From assembly GCA_011109175.1 (NCBI GenBank), contig RDEW01000008.1, forward strand, positions 408,369 through 472,368: 64,000 nt of DNA, written 5' to 3'. The position numbers were made by a program, and so were the translations under genes. A model generated the notes under the pieces. That model saw only the letters and a program-made list of their open reading frames with translations. It did no database searches and had not been told where the DNA came from. Below, piece after piece: positions 1-11,879 of this stretch. Origin of the DNA: Dicyema japonicum (taxonomy: Eukaryota > Animalia > Dicyemida). The first letter of the stretch is position 1; every line of letters begins with the position of its first letter.

Positions 1-5
1 TTTAG

Positions 6-212
6 TTTCTGTTTGATGATGGATGGCACACGTGGATTGATTTTGAAAGATTTCACCAACTAAATGATCAGTTTAATAAAACTGGCATTTGTTTTACTTC
101 TCTCGACTATTCTGTGTTGACCCCCAATTGGGCACAATATGGAGCCAAAGAAAAGGGTTTTGATCCTTTACATGAGAGATTTATTCGTAAACACAAGACT
201 GTTGTGGCTTAA
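6..212 (+). CDS. TYW1: TYW1 (tRNA wybutosine synthesis protein 1), last exon
   Basis: After tttag acceptor: FLFDDGWHTWIDFERFHQL...TPNWAQYGAKEKGFDPLHERFIRKHK*, matching the TYW1 C-terminus (WWTWIDYNRF...TPHWALFGASERGFDP). Confidence 0.8.
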   Translation, partial: FLFDDGWHTWIDFERFHQLNDQFNKTGICFTSLDYSVLTPNWAQYGAKEKGFDPLHERFIRKHKTVVA

Positions 213-1929
213 CATTCTATTTTTTCGTATTTTGTATTTGGATTAATTTATTTTTATTATTTTTTGGTTAAAATAAGATAGAGTTTGTGGAGAGTGAACC
301 ATGGACCACAGTAAGAAATTATTCTGTTTATGCACTAAGTCATTTTAATTCGGATATCACTTTTTGTTCTCTGGTTTCAATTCATATTAAAACGTTTTCT
401 ATATAGTCACACACAAAAAAGTATTTCATCAAATCTTAAGCTTTTGTAGACATTGCCAGAAATGGTTTCTTTCTCTTAATTTCAATATTTTCACTATAGT
501 CACACTTGAATAAAGCGTCGAGATAAAAAATTGGGTACACACTTTTTACCACTTGTAGTGTACAACCTAAATTGATTTTTTAGTTAAGTTCCGATCTCTT
601 ATTACATACCAAGCGTCAACAAAGTTCATGCATCTAAAGCTCAGGTTTATTTGACATATTTTAGACGACAACATCGTCAGCATCAATTATCTATTTATTG
701 ACCTATTTAGGATGAGGAAGGTTAGACATAAGGACGATTTGCAAGGAAATCAATCAGCTAGCTCCTTTCTTTTGTATCATTTTTCCACTTCGCAATGATC
801 GATCTGATTCTGTTTAGCATGGTCGGTGATCTTTATTATTAATACAAAATAAAAAGGTCATGAAGCGGCCGCCCTGACCTAATTTTAGCACAATTATCTC
901 TCTGTTATGTAGCTTTCTAATTTAGCTAAGGATGAAAACGAACAAACCCTACTATCTGTAGCTTCAAGGTATTGTAACTTTTATTTTAGTGTAACCATAA
1001 TGCAACGCGACATAAACAATTATCAACAGAAAAAAATCATGCAGTTCCTTTCTAGTATCTCTGTTTATAAATAATGAACTTTTAAAAAACACAAAAGACT
1101 CAAAACTCTGTCATAAGGACAATTACCGGCTGTCTAAAAACATCTCTAACTGACAGCCTACAATAGGTATCCTAAATTCATCCAATCAGGGACTACTTAG
1201 TTGTGTTTGGTCCGATTATCCAGCCCACAGCATTTAGGTTTCAACAGATAAAATGGAGATCATCCCAATACAAGGCTCGCATTCTCCACCAGTTTTGGAA
1301 AAATATTATCAATCAGTCTGTTTTATATACAATTCGACTTGTCGCATTTTCTTTATATTTTTATTAATTTATAATGTACAATTTTTAGACTTTTTCTTAC
1401 GATATTGAGAATCATCCAATAAATAGTTTAAAACCCGTATTATATTGATTTTCTATCTTTTGACAAATATTTTATCTAAAAAATCTTTGTAAAATCTCTA
1501 AATGATTTAGCAAACGTATAAAGTAATAAATTAATAACTCAAATGTTTTCCGATGGTTCATTTGTATACTTTATGTTGGTATTATTTGATTTAGTATATT
1601 CCAGAATAAATATTGTTCAATCAATTATTAACACAGGAACATGCATATTTGATGAAAACTCATAACTATTATTCTTAATTCTCCACATTGGCTCAATCAT
1701 CTTTACAGGCTCCATGACGTCTTTGATGTTCCTTCTAGGCTCTTCAATTAATTTATAGAGCTGACTGCCCACTTCTCCCGACAGTCTTTTCTGATTACTC
1801 TTGAGATTCGAGTATTCTTGTATTTGTCAGCGGAAATCACCTCGTTTTAGTATACGTATAGGACGATTTGCCTATGTTTATTTTTACTGTGACAGAATCA
1901 TTATGCAGTATCCCCCTTCATTTTGAATT

Positions 1930-2775
1930 CTTCTATTTTTGTGATTAAAATGCAAATTTACTTTCCATAAATCATTCTTTGTATTTATACTGTGTTCAAA
2001 TTATTTCCATTCTGCTGATTGTGAGCAGGTTTAGTGTTGCTTTTTTCTTAGCCACTTGATACATTCTTCGAGTTCCAAGTTGATTCTCATTAATAATATG
2101 TCCCAATATAATCTTATAGTTTTATTCTGTTCATCAAAAATTTATTATCATAAATCACAAAAAATTAAAACAGGAAATTGCAATGATGTATGATAAATAA
2201 TCATTTTTATAAGCGCTTGTCATTTTTGAAATTTTAGATGTGAATATGAAAAATTCTATTTTATAAACTTTTTAGTTAAATGGATGAAATATATAACCCC
2301 ACAATTCTACTTCCCAGGCATACACATAATATTGTAAAAATATTAATTTTCATAATTATTTAATACACTAATAATCATAAAATAATAAATGCCTGTTGTG
2401 TTTTATATCAACTATTTCTTGTTTTGCCTTAACTATTTCTTTGTCAATATTATATATCAAATTATCAGTAAAATTGTAGATTTCTTTTTTATAATTTTCT
2501 AGTGGTTCCAAAGTCTTGAAATATAATAAAAATAAAACATTAATTCCATTAGGAACCCATATAGTCTTGACTCCACAGAGAAGATCATTGAAATATGACA
2601 ACCAATTTACTCGTAGTATTATTTCAGGCTTTGTTTAAAACATTATAATTACAGTAGTTTTATGTTTGGCCGCCACTTTGTTTAGTGTGTCTTCTGGTTG
2701 AACCACATATTCACATAAAGGTACATCCATAATGGATGACACTGAAAAGCTACCATAACTAACATTATTTGTCAT
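1930..2775 (-). CDS. LysM-domain protein; 3' extent uncertain
   Basis: ATG 2775; YVVQPEDTLNKVAAKHKTT / 24-nt GT-AG intron / PEIILRVNWLSYFNDLLCGVKTIWVP fits the LysM consensus; followed by helical ORF 2368-2601. Confidence 0.55.
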
Positions 2776-3078
2776 CAAATTAGATAATATTAAATAAATA
2801 TTTTTAATTTATATTTAAATATTTTAATAGATTACACATTAACGATGGTAATTTAATAATACAATTATGACTAATAATAATAATAATGACGAGGGATCAA
2901 CACCGAGCAAAGATGAGAGTCTTTATCCAATTCGTCGGGATCACTTAGTTTAGTTTTTTCGGTTTAACAGTGGTCTTTGAAATTTAATTTTAATTAATGA
3001 CGTAGTTAATACTAGTTTATAATATTCATTTGAAAACTAACAGCTATTCCTTATAATTAAATTAATTGTTTGCAAAGC

Positions 3079-3200
3079 TTCCCTCCGATAGCGTCATTGG
3101 ATCCACCTCACTGAGGAGACATCCAATGCCTGGCCGGCATCAAGAGGATACACTATTCTTTCCCCGGGGACAATGTCGTTACCTGGAGACTAGTTCTGGA
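3079..3200 (+). repeat. Structured SINE-like repeat family, partial copy ending at N
   Basis: gcgtcattggatccacc...atgcctggccggcatcaagaggat core; near-identical to 3255-3450, so probably an assembly overlap duplicate. Confidence 0.7.
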
Positions 3201-3254
3201 NTTCATTTGAAAACTAACAGCTATTCCTTATAATTAAATTAATTGTTTGCAAAG

Positions 3255-3450
3255 CTTCCCTCCGATAGCGTCATTGGATCCACCTTACTGAGGAGACATC
3301 CAATGCCTGGCCGGCATCAAGAGGATACACTATTCTTTCCCCGGGGACAATGTCGTTACCTGGAGACTAGTTCTGGAACGCTGGAACGAGCCAGGATCAA
3401 GGAGTTAGTTAGTTTGGTTACCCTTGGTCTTTGGAATAATTTTAATTTAA
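3255..3450 (+). repeat. Structured SINE-like repeat family copy with TTAG tail
   Basis: Homologous to 23445-23615 (-); ends gagttagttagtttggtt plus an AT-rich tail. Confidence 0.75.
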
Positions 3451-3549
3451 CAGATTTATTTGCTCACTTTTTTTTCTTTTTATTAATATAATAATTATGT
3501 TTTCCTTACGTAATTTTCTAAATACTTATTCTATTTTTATCTCATAGTA

Positions 3550-4750
3550 CAGTAAAAACTCTCGAATCTGCCGCATTTTTATAAATAATTTTTTTCATTT
3601 TCTTATCTTTATTTTTTTAATTCAAAAAACTTCTACACGAGACAAAGCTCTCCATGCAAAAGCATTTGCAAGATGAAGAGACAAGAGCATAAATACTCTC
3701 GAATCTGCCGCATTTTTATAAATAATTTTTTTCATTTTCTTATCTTTATTTTTTTAATTCAAAAAACTTCTACACGAGACAAAGCTCTCCATGCAAAAGC
3801 ATTTGCAAGATGAAGAGACAAGAGCATAAATTATTGAAGGATCAAATATCGATACTGCTTTGTTCAAATATGACTGATAAACTAACACCACTCGTAATTG
3901 GAAAATTCAAAAACCCTAGATGCTTTAAAAATTTTAACTACCAAAGATTTGTAACTTATAATAATTCTAAAAAAGCATGGATGGACTCCAGGTTATTCAA
4001 TAAATTTTTGTTTGAATGAAATGTCAGGTTGGCTAAAGGAAAGCGCAAAATATTACTCGTAATCGACCAATGTCCATCTCACAAGATTTGTACAGATTCA
4101 CAGCAAATTGAAATAATGTTTTTACCGGCAAGTGCTTCATGTTTTTTACTGCCGATGGACCAAGGAGTCATTAAGACATTCAAGACTTCAATAAATTCAA
4201 ATTTCTTGAAATTATTGAAAAAATTGACTCGAAAAATATCTACATGTAAAGAAATAAGCCTTAAGGATGCTATAATTAATCAAGCATGGAAAAAGCTAAA
4301 TAGTACAACAATTATAAACTGTTTTCGAGAATGGACCCAAAATTTTATTAAAAAATTAATGACGAGTATTTGTCTGAAACTTATAAAGAATTCGTGTCAA
4401 GACTACAAATAAATGATCCAAATCTAGAAGATGAGTTTCTTCTCTATGAGTATACTGAGATTGAAGACATCCTGGAAAATTTGGATGAAAATGATAATGA
4501 AGGCACAGAATGCATTAATTTTGGAGAACAAAAGAATGAACAAGTCTTTTTAGATGCAATGAATGCTGTCTATCCATTGATAAAGTACTTTAAACAGAAG
4601 GATGAAGTTAACTTAAATGTCCTCAATCTCATTGATAATGTTAGTAGAAACATCGGTTTTGATAAAAGGACAAGTGAGATTACTTTAGTAGTGGTTGGAG
4701 TCACTTCTCAGGAGATGCTGAAGGTGGTTAAGATAGAAAAACTTCATTAA
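3550..4750 (+). mobile_element. pogo/Tigger (DDE_1) DNA transposon, degenerate
   Basis: TA + CAGTAAAAACTCTCGAATC terminal motif at 3548-3568; fragments PLVIGKFKNPRCFK, KKAWMDSRLF, ILLVIDQCPSH, FLP...PMDQGVIKTFK with stops and frameshifts. Confidence 0.85.
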
Positions 4751-5294
4751 TACGACCTCCTCGCTGGAGAATTATCTCAAATATACATTGCGAAAGTTAA
4801 AATTATTCCTATTGTTTTGACTTGGGAGGGAATTGTAAGTTCTACAAGTCATATATGGATGTTTTGGATGTGGATGTAATTCCGAGGGCACATATTCAAT
4901 CTTTTGTGTTAAAGAAAACTCTTGAAGACATATTAGTGGAGTACTCACATGGGATGAACTTTCAAGAGAGTGATGTTAGTGAAGTCATTCATTTCCTCAA
5001 CAAGTTGAGGATGACGGAATCGTCCCTATAGAACATCAATACTGGACTGAAGATCAGATTGGTGATGGTGACCAAGAGATTGCAGTTAGAGAGCTAAGAA
5101 ATGAGTCAAAACGAAAGAGAATAAATTAATACAGCCAATCAATTTTAAATAGTTTATTCCTGACTTTTGGTTTTTGTATGGTGTTTTTATCTCAAATGTC
5201 TAACTTTAATGGTGTTCATTTTTGTCATAGTCTACACAAAGTAACTGACATGTAGTTTGTGTTATTATTATTAACACAGAGATAAATGTTAACA

Positions 5295-5520
5295 ATTAAC
5301 ACTAATTAAGTGTACCCAGTTCCCACTGTCACGGAAACAGAGTCCTTCCAATATCACGCAAGTCCATCTAGAAACTGCATAAAAAGAGAAGTCTATTTTT
5401 TGCAGTTGTGGGTACCCCTCCAATGGAGTGGGAGAGTGCAAAGTATCCTTTTGTGTTACCCTAGTACTGGGTGTAACAAGACGCCACTTTATTCGAAAAG
5501 GGAAGAGTATGAATAGTAGA
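5295..5520 (-). repeat. Structured repeat family, diverged subfamily copy
   Basis: Shares acccctccaatggagtggga hairpin and gacgccac head with 27165-27365. Confidence 0.65.
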
Positions 5521-5759
5521 AACAAATAAAAATCTTCAATCAAATAGTCACATGCCACCCCTTCCTGTTTTGACATTCAGCCGCAACCGTTTCCTCAATG
5601 GGAATCAATATTTCGTTTTTCGCCTCAATTTGCATGCTCTCTAAAGTCTGTATATACGCTTTCACTCACTACTCCGCTTCAGGGACATTCAGATGGCCTT
5701 TAATGAATCTTGAGACAATTCTATCTCAAGTCATGACAACAGGAACTATTATCACCATT

Positions 5760-6258
5760 AATACTGAATTTTACGGAGAGCCATACTAGCTATAGCTCTT
5801 TCTAGGTAGGACACAAACTTTATTTAAGTAAAGAAAAGATTTTATAACTAATTGTTTAAGGAGAACCAAGCTCCACACTTCTTTTTCCTTTTTGTTGGGT
5901 GTGAATCTTTTATAGACAATCTGGTTCCGCTGTGAAATGTTCACTGCGTTGTGAATTATCCCAAGTTTATTGGCCAGCAAGTCATAGTTGTGGAACTTGT
6001 CCACTTCAACCTCCTTGAGGCAATTTTGAGAAATGATCCCTACCTCAATAATTTGAGACAACAAATTCGACTGAGTGAGTGAGTTTTCTTGTTTTTTCTT
6101 ATCGCATACTGAGAACATATATGCAAACATTTGATCACTTCATTATACGCATTCAGCATTCTTCCGCACATAGTTGAAAAGTGGTCGAATCTTCTTTACT
6201 GAGTTGAATTGACCGTATTTAGTTTCTCCATTATAAAAAAGTTGTGATCTTCTAGAAT
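5760..6258 (-). mobile_element. RTE-like LINE 3' fragment
   Basis: Frameshifted LFYNGET, RRFDHFSTMC, IASRRLKW motifs; ends in the tail motif gctatagctagtatggctctccgtaaa shared with the RTE at 37768. Confidence 0.6.
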
Positions 6259-6614
6259 NAGTACTGACATGGGATGAACTTTCAAGAGAGTGATGTTAGT
6301 GAAGTCATTCATTTCCTCAACAAGTTGAGGATGACGGAATCGTGCCTATAGAACATCAATACTGGACTGAAGATCAGATTGTTTAATGGTGACCAAGAGA
6401 TTGCAGTTAGAGAGCTAAGAAATGGGTCAAAACGAAAGAGAATAAATTAATACACCCAATCAATTTTAAATAGTTTATTTCTGACTTTTGGTTTTTGTAT
6501 AGTGTTTTTATCTTAAATGTCTAACTTTAATGATGTTCATTTTTGTCATAATCTACACAAAGTAACTGACATGTAGTTTGTGTTATTATTATTAACACAG
6601 AGATAAATGTTAAC

Positions 6615-6840
6615 AATTAACATTAATTAAGTGTACCCAGTTCCCACTGTCATGGAAACAAAGTCCTTCCAATGTCACGCAAGTCTATCCAGAAGCTGCA
6701 TAAAAAGAGAAGTCTATTCTTTGCAGTTGTGGGAACCCCTCCAATGGAGTGGGAGAGAGCAAAGTATCCTTTTGTGTTACCCTGGTACTGGGCGTAACAA
6801 GACGCCACTTTATTCGAAAAGGGATGAGTATGAATAGTAG
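6615..6840 (-). repeat. Structured repeat family copy (duplicate of 5295-5520)
   Basis: Lies within the tandem duplication. Confidence 0.65.
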
Positions 6841-7079
6841 AAACAAACAAAAATCTTCAATCAAATAGTCACATGCCACCCCTTCCTGTTTTGACATTCA
6901 GCCGCAACCGTTTCCTCAATGGGGATCAATATTTCGTTTTTCGCCTCAATTTGCATGCTCTCTAAAGTCTGTATATACGCTTTCACTCACTACTCCGCTT
7001 CAGGGACATTCAGATGGCCTTTAATGAATCTTGAGACAATTCTATCTCAAGTCATGACAACAGGAACTATTATCACCAT

Positions 7080-7578
7080 TAATACTGAATTTTACGGAGA
7101 GCCATACTAGCTATAGCTCTTTCTAGGTAGGACACAAACTTTATTTAAGTAAAGAAAAGTTATTATAACTAATTTTTTAAGAAGAACTAAGATCCACACT
7201 TCTTTTTCCTTTTTGTTGGGTGTGATTCCTTTATAGACAATCTGTTTCCGATGTGAAATGTTCACTGCGTTGTGAATTATCCCAAGTTTATTGGCCAGCA
7301 AGTCATAGTTGTGGAACTTGTCCACTTCAACCTGCTTGAGGCAATTTTGAGAAATGATCTCAACCTCAATAATTTGAGACAACAGATTCGACTGAGTGAG
7401 TGAGTTTTCTTGTTTTTTCTTATCGCATACTGAGAACATATATGCAAACATTTGATCACTTCATTATACGCATTCATCATTCTTCCGCAAATAGTTGAAA
7501 AGTGGTCGAATCTTCTTTACTGAGTTGAATTGACTGTATTTAGTTTCTCCATTATAAAAAAGTTGTGGTCTTCTAGAT
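7080..7578 (-). mobile_element. RTE-like LINE 3' fragment (duplicate copy)
   Basis: Copy of 5760-6258. Confidence 0.6.
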
Positions 7579-8255
7579 TATCAAAAAACAAGCAGATGTA
7601 GCCTTCTTTTAGTTCTGGGGGAGTTATTTCTATATATTAGCCACCCGCTAGATTTAACAATATTCTTGAGAAGATAATCATGTGAATATTCATTATCCTT
7701 TTGGATCTTCAATGTTTTACTTTCGAGAAATGAATTCTATTATAAGTGTAAAATTAATGTAGAATTTTCAATATTTTAGTCATTAATTTGCATAAAATAA
7801 AGTTTGTTAATAATTGATTAAATAAATATAATTAAGGGTGGTCGCTCTCATTTACCATCACTTTGTAAGGAAATGCGAGTCAACTCCTCTCCCGCTTAAC
7901 CCTTTACTTCCTCACAAAAAATTGTAAACATAAACAAAATTTGTGTTAAGTGAAAAGTATCCTCGTGAATATTAATAAATTTACCAAACTTGTAATACAT
8001 ATTGCGATTATTCAAAATAAAACTAATTTTAAGGTGTATTTAATTTTATTAAAATTGATACTTTTTTTAGTAGCTTATTATTAACACGAGTAAGGAAACT
8101 TCTTTGATATTGTGAGTAGTACCATCATTTTATAAATTTTCTTAATGTCTTAAATTAAATTTAATTATAGGCAGACGCAACTATAGTAATTAAAAAGATA
8201 GTAAATTTCTCGCATTTCGAGAGTTGTATACTTTAATTATCGTTAGTTTTACTAA

Positions 8256-9579
8256 ATGGATATAGTAAGTGTGAATTTAAATGTTAGTTGACAGAATTAA
8301 TAGAGTGGCCAGACGGTGATATAAATGTCATCTACAAAAGAGATTTGAAGGATGCTATAAGCCATCTTACTGGTTGGGTGATGATGAACAACAACAATCA
8401 CTGTCAAGAAATTCTCCAAAAATCATGTAGAGGTAACTATTATTCTTAAAATTGGTGTCATTCTCTGTTCAAATAAATGTGCTAAAAATGAAAAATATAT
8501 GATGATTCGACCTGCAACTACAAATCGTAAACTTTCCCTTCAAACCAAAAAGAAATGCCCAGTCTGTATAAATCTGATTATTATTTTAGGAGGAATGCAA
8601 ACACTTTATTACCAATAATGTAAAGGAAACGATAGTTACCCAGTCACACATTTTTGGCAATTAAAAGGTTGTTTTATTAAATTTGAATTAGATGGTAGAA
8701 TTAATTTTAGAGCTAAAGGTACTCATGATCACCTAAGACCTCCTAATCCTAAACCACCAGCATTTGCTGTGGAAAAATTACTTGAATTTCGTTCACGTAA
8801 TCCAGACGTTACATCCGAAGAAATTTCAAAAAAATTTGTGATCATTTTACTAATTTAAGGGAGAACAAATTCACGAGGCATTTAAGGCTCCAGCAGTAGT
8901 CAGTCGAATACTTAAGGAAAATGAAATTATTTTTTCAAATTATTGAGGTAAAATCTCACTCATGAAGAAATCATATTCGTTTCATAAAAAATATAGTCAA
9001 ATGCCTATACAAGAATCCAGGGACAATCACAACCATCATTTAAACCAAAATCAATACCACCAAGATAGACATTCGAATCCAAGTCAAGTAGGCTTAAGGC
9101 AAGTAGTAAGTCAGTCCATTCAGCCGTTGGTTTTTCCGTCAGATCAAAATAATATGGTATACGGACCGATGCAGTATAGAGACACACGACTATTCCAAGA
9201 AACAAATTTTATGCAATCTGGATATGTAAATAGTATGGTACATCCTTCACAACAATTATGTGTATATAATGAAAACAGTACAAGGTCACAATTCAGTCAG
9301 TCGTATCCTAGAAATGATAGTTACGATACGATGTTTCATAATTCAAGAATGGGATATTTACCAAATTATTCAAATCAATATAGTAATCATCAAAATTATA
9401 ATTTCGTGCCTATGAATATAAACCCAGTAAATGGAATGATGAACGAACAAATGACTAGTAATAGAAACTATCCATATTCAACTCAAAATATGTATAATTT
9501 TCATAATGAAGATCCTGATCATCAAACATCAAATACTAATCCATCTAGAAGAAATAACTCCATAACACAAGAATATTAA
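8256..9579 (+). CDS. GCM: Glial cells missing (GCM) transcription factor; several lesions as assembled
   Basis: EWPDG...HLTGWVMMNNNNH..ILQKSCRGVILC...IRP...KKCP...CKG..YPVTHFW...AKGTHDHLRP matches the GCM domain; tiny introns; intact N/Q/S-rich 205-aa terminal ORF 8962-9579. Confidence 0.85.
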
Positions 9580-9830
9580 TTAAAAACTAGACATTTTTAT
9601 ATTTTCATTTTTTTCTTTTTAGAAATTAATACTTTTTAGTCTATTAATTTTGAAAACTAGTATAATTTTCACAATGAAGACCCTGATCATCAAACATCAA
9701 ATACTAATCCATCTAGAAGAAATAACTCCATAACACAAGAATATTAATTAAAAACTAGACATTTTTATATTTTCATTTTTTTCTTTTTAGAAATTAAAAC
9801 TTTTTAGTCTTTTAATTTTAAAAACTAAAG
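9492..9830. repeat. ~170-bp tandem duplication of the GCM 3' end and UTR
   Basis: tataatttt...ccatctagaagaaataactccataacacaagaatattaa occurs at about 9492 and 9661. Confidence 0.85.
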
Positions 9831-10329
9831 TTTAAAACAGTAAGAAAATGACTATTTTCAAAAATATAGATTTTTACAAATAAGCTAAAACTTTGGAAGT
9901 TTGGTTACCCTTAGTCTTTGGAATAATTTTAATTTTTTAATTTTAACTCATCAATTAAAAAATGATCCTTCCTTTAAAAATGGCATTTTATGCTAAAAAA
10001 TTGCCCTACCGACGAGTTTAAAGCAACATTTCAATTATCAGTAAAGATGAATATCACCTCACAAACCTTTCAATTTACTTCCCTCACTTCTTAATGAATA
10101 ATTGAGTGAGTTGAATTTTCTTTTAATAAGATATAAAGTTGGAAAGTACAAGATTATTTAAGAGATCGAGTTACACAATTTTGGAAATTGTTCTTTAATC
10201 TTTAATTCTACCAAAACTAAGAAATTGATGTATTTTGAAGTTAATTTCATAATTATTGAGATCTATTAATTCAATGTAACGAGTGCCGGGGAAATGGCCT
10301 GATGATTCTTAATTAGAATTTTGCTATTG

Positions 10330-10570
10330 TACATTCCGGATGAAGGTTCCACGAATCTGCGATGCTTTGGTTTGACGAGTGACGCCGAACATCTCACTTC
10401 GTAATCGGATCATCAACAAAAGGACTCACACCCAACAAAATTACAATATGAAGAGCATTCTTTGGTTCTCCCTCGTCGATTAGTTAAGGTAACTGTTCTT
10501 TACTTAAATAATGTTTGTCCTTAAATAATGTTGAAGAAGCTATAGCTAATATGGCTCCTCGTAAAGTTCA
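10330..10570 (+). mobile_element. RTE-family 3' tail fragment
   Basis: gaaggttccacgaatctgcgatgc...gtttgacgagtgacgccg...gctatagctaatatggctcctcgtaaa, homologous to 39420-39660 (-). Confidence 0.65.
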
Positions 10571-10899
10571 ATATTTATTTATTATTAATTCATCTCTTAA
10601 AAAAAAATTTAAAAAATCCATAATTAAAAATCCCATCACCAAGTTTGGGCGATATCGCCCAGGTTGCGAATTACTGTTTTATACGACTTAAATACTGCCA
10701 TAGTCCAATATTCATGAGGATCCAACAAAACCATATGTTAATGCATCCTCAGAGAAACAAGGTTAACTTATCACAGGCAGTATGTCCCACTTTCACATAT
10801 TTTATCGAGCAAAGCCTCCACATCTTCCTGATACGAGTTTCGACGCCGCTATCAAATATCCCAACGAGATCACTTCCAATTGATGCCGAAGCGCGTGCT

Positions 10900-11828
10900 N
10901 NNNNNNNNNNNNNNNNNNNNNNNNNNNNNNNNNNNNNNNNNNNNNNNNNNNNNNNNNNNNNNNNNNNNNNNNNNNNNNNNNNNNNNNNNNNNNNNNNNNN
11001 NNNNNNNNNNNNNNNNNNNNNNNNNNNNNNNNNNNNNNNNNNNNNNNNNNNNNNNNNNNNNNNNNNNNNNNNNNNNNNNNNNNNNNNNNNNNNNNNNNNN
11101 NNNNNNNNNNNNNNNNNNNNNNNNNNNNNNNNNNNNNNNNNNNNNNNNNNNNNNNNNNNNNNNNNNNNNNNNNNNNNNNNNNNNNNNNNNNNNNNNNNNN
11201 NNNNNNNNNNNNNNNNNNNNNNNNNNNNNNNNNNNNNNNNNNNNNNNNNNNNNNNNNNNNNNNNNNNNNNNNNNNNNNNNNNNNNNNNNNNNNNNNNNNN
11301 NNNNNNNNNNNNNNNNNNNNNNNNNNNNNNNNNNNNNNNNNNNNNNNNNNNNNNNNNNNNNNNNNNNNNNNNNNNNNNNNNNNNNNNNNNNNNNNNNNNN
11401 NNNNNNNNNNNNNNNNNNNNNNNNNNNNNNNNNNNNNNNNNNNNNNNNNNNNNNNNNNNNNNNNNNNNNNNNNNNNNNNNNNNNNNNNNNNNNNNNNNNN
11501 NNNNNNNNNNNNNNNNNNNNNNNNNNNNNNNNNNNNNNNNNNNNNNNNNNNNNNNNNNNNNNNNNNNNNNNNNNNNNNNNNNNNNNNNNNNNNNNNNNNN
11601 NNNNNNNNNNNNNNNNNNNNNNNNNNNNNNNNNNNNNNNNNNNNNNNNNNNNNNNNNNNNNNNNNNNNNNNNNNNNNNNNNNNNNNNNNNNNNNNNNNNN
11701 NNNNNNNNNNNNNNNNNNNNNNNNNNNNNNNNNNNNNNNNNNNNNNNNNNNNNNNNNNNNNNNNNNNNNNNNNNNNNNNNNNNNNNNNNNNNNNNNNNNN
11801 NNNNNNNNNNNNNNNNNNNNNNNNNNNA
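10900..11828. other. Assembly gap (N run)
   Basis: Run of N. Confidence 1.
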
Positions 11829-11879
11829 ACAGGCAGGCGAGGAAGGTTGTTGATTATTAAATATATTAACTTTTTTATT

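Larger units (their letters stand above)
4950..7578. repeat. ~1.3-kb near-identical tandem duplication with single N at 6260
   Basis: About 4950-6259 repeats as 6261-7578 with scattered substitutions; likely two haplotypes assembled in tandem. Confidence 0.8.

Noticed and set aside
3108-3160. Hammerhead ribozyme (CTGAGGA); also CTGATGA at 10299, 39600, 63421
   Set aside because: No correctly placed GAAA with stems II and III and a UH site.
3040-3340. Tandem repeats around single Ns (also 6260, 12389) and 3561-3830
   Set aside because: Overlapping contig ends or allelic haplotypes joined by N are the simplest explanation.
5786-6130. Merlin/IS1595 transposase
   Set aside because: The similarity is superficial; another frame and the shared tail identify an RTE 3' end.
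8610-8950. Stop-codon reassignment (TAA/TGA in GCM, TAA in FAM177)
   Set aside because: Other genes end normally at TAA or TGA and have no in-frame stops once mini-introns are removed; introns or indels explain these cases.
10645-11860. 402-aa and 326-aa ORFs
   Set aside because: They consist almost entirely of translated Ns across the gap.
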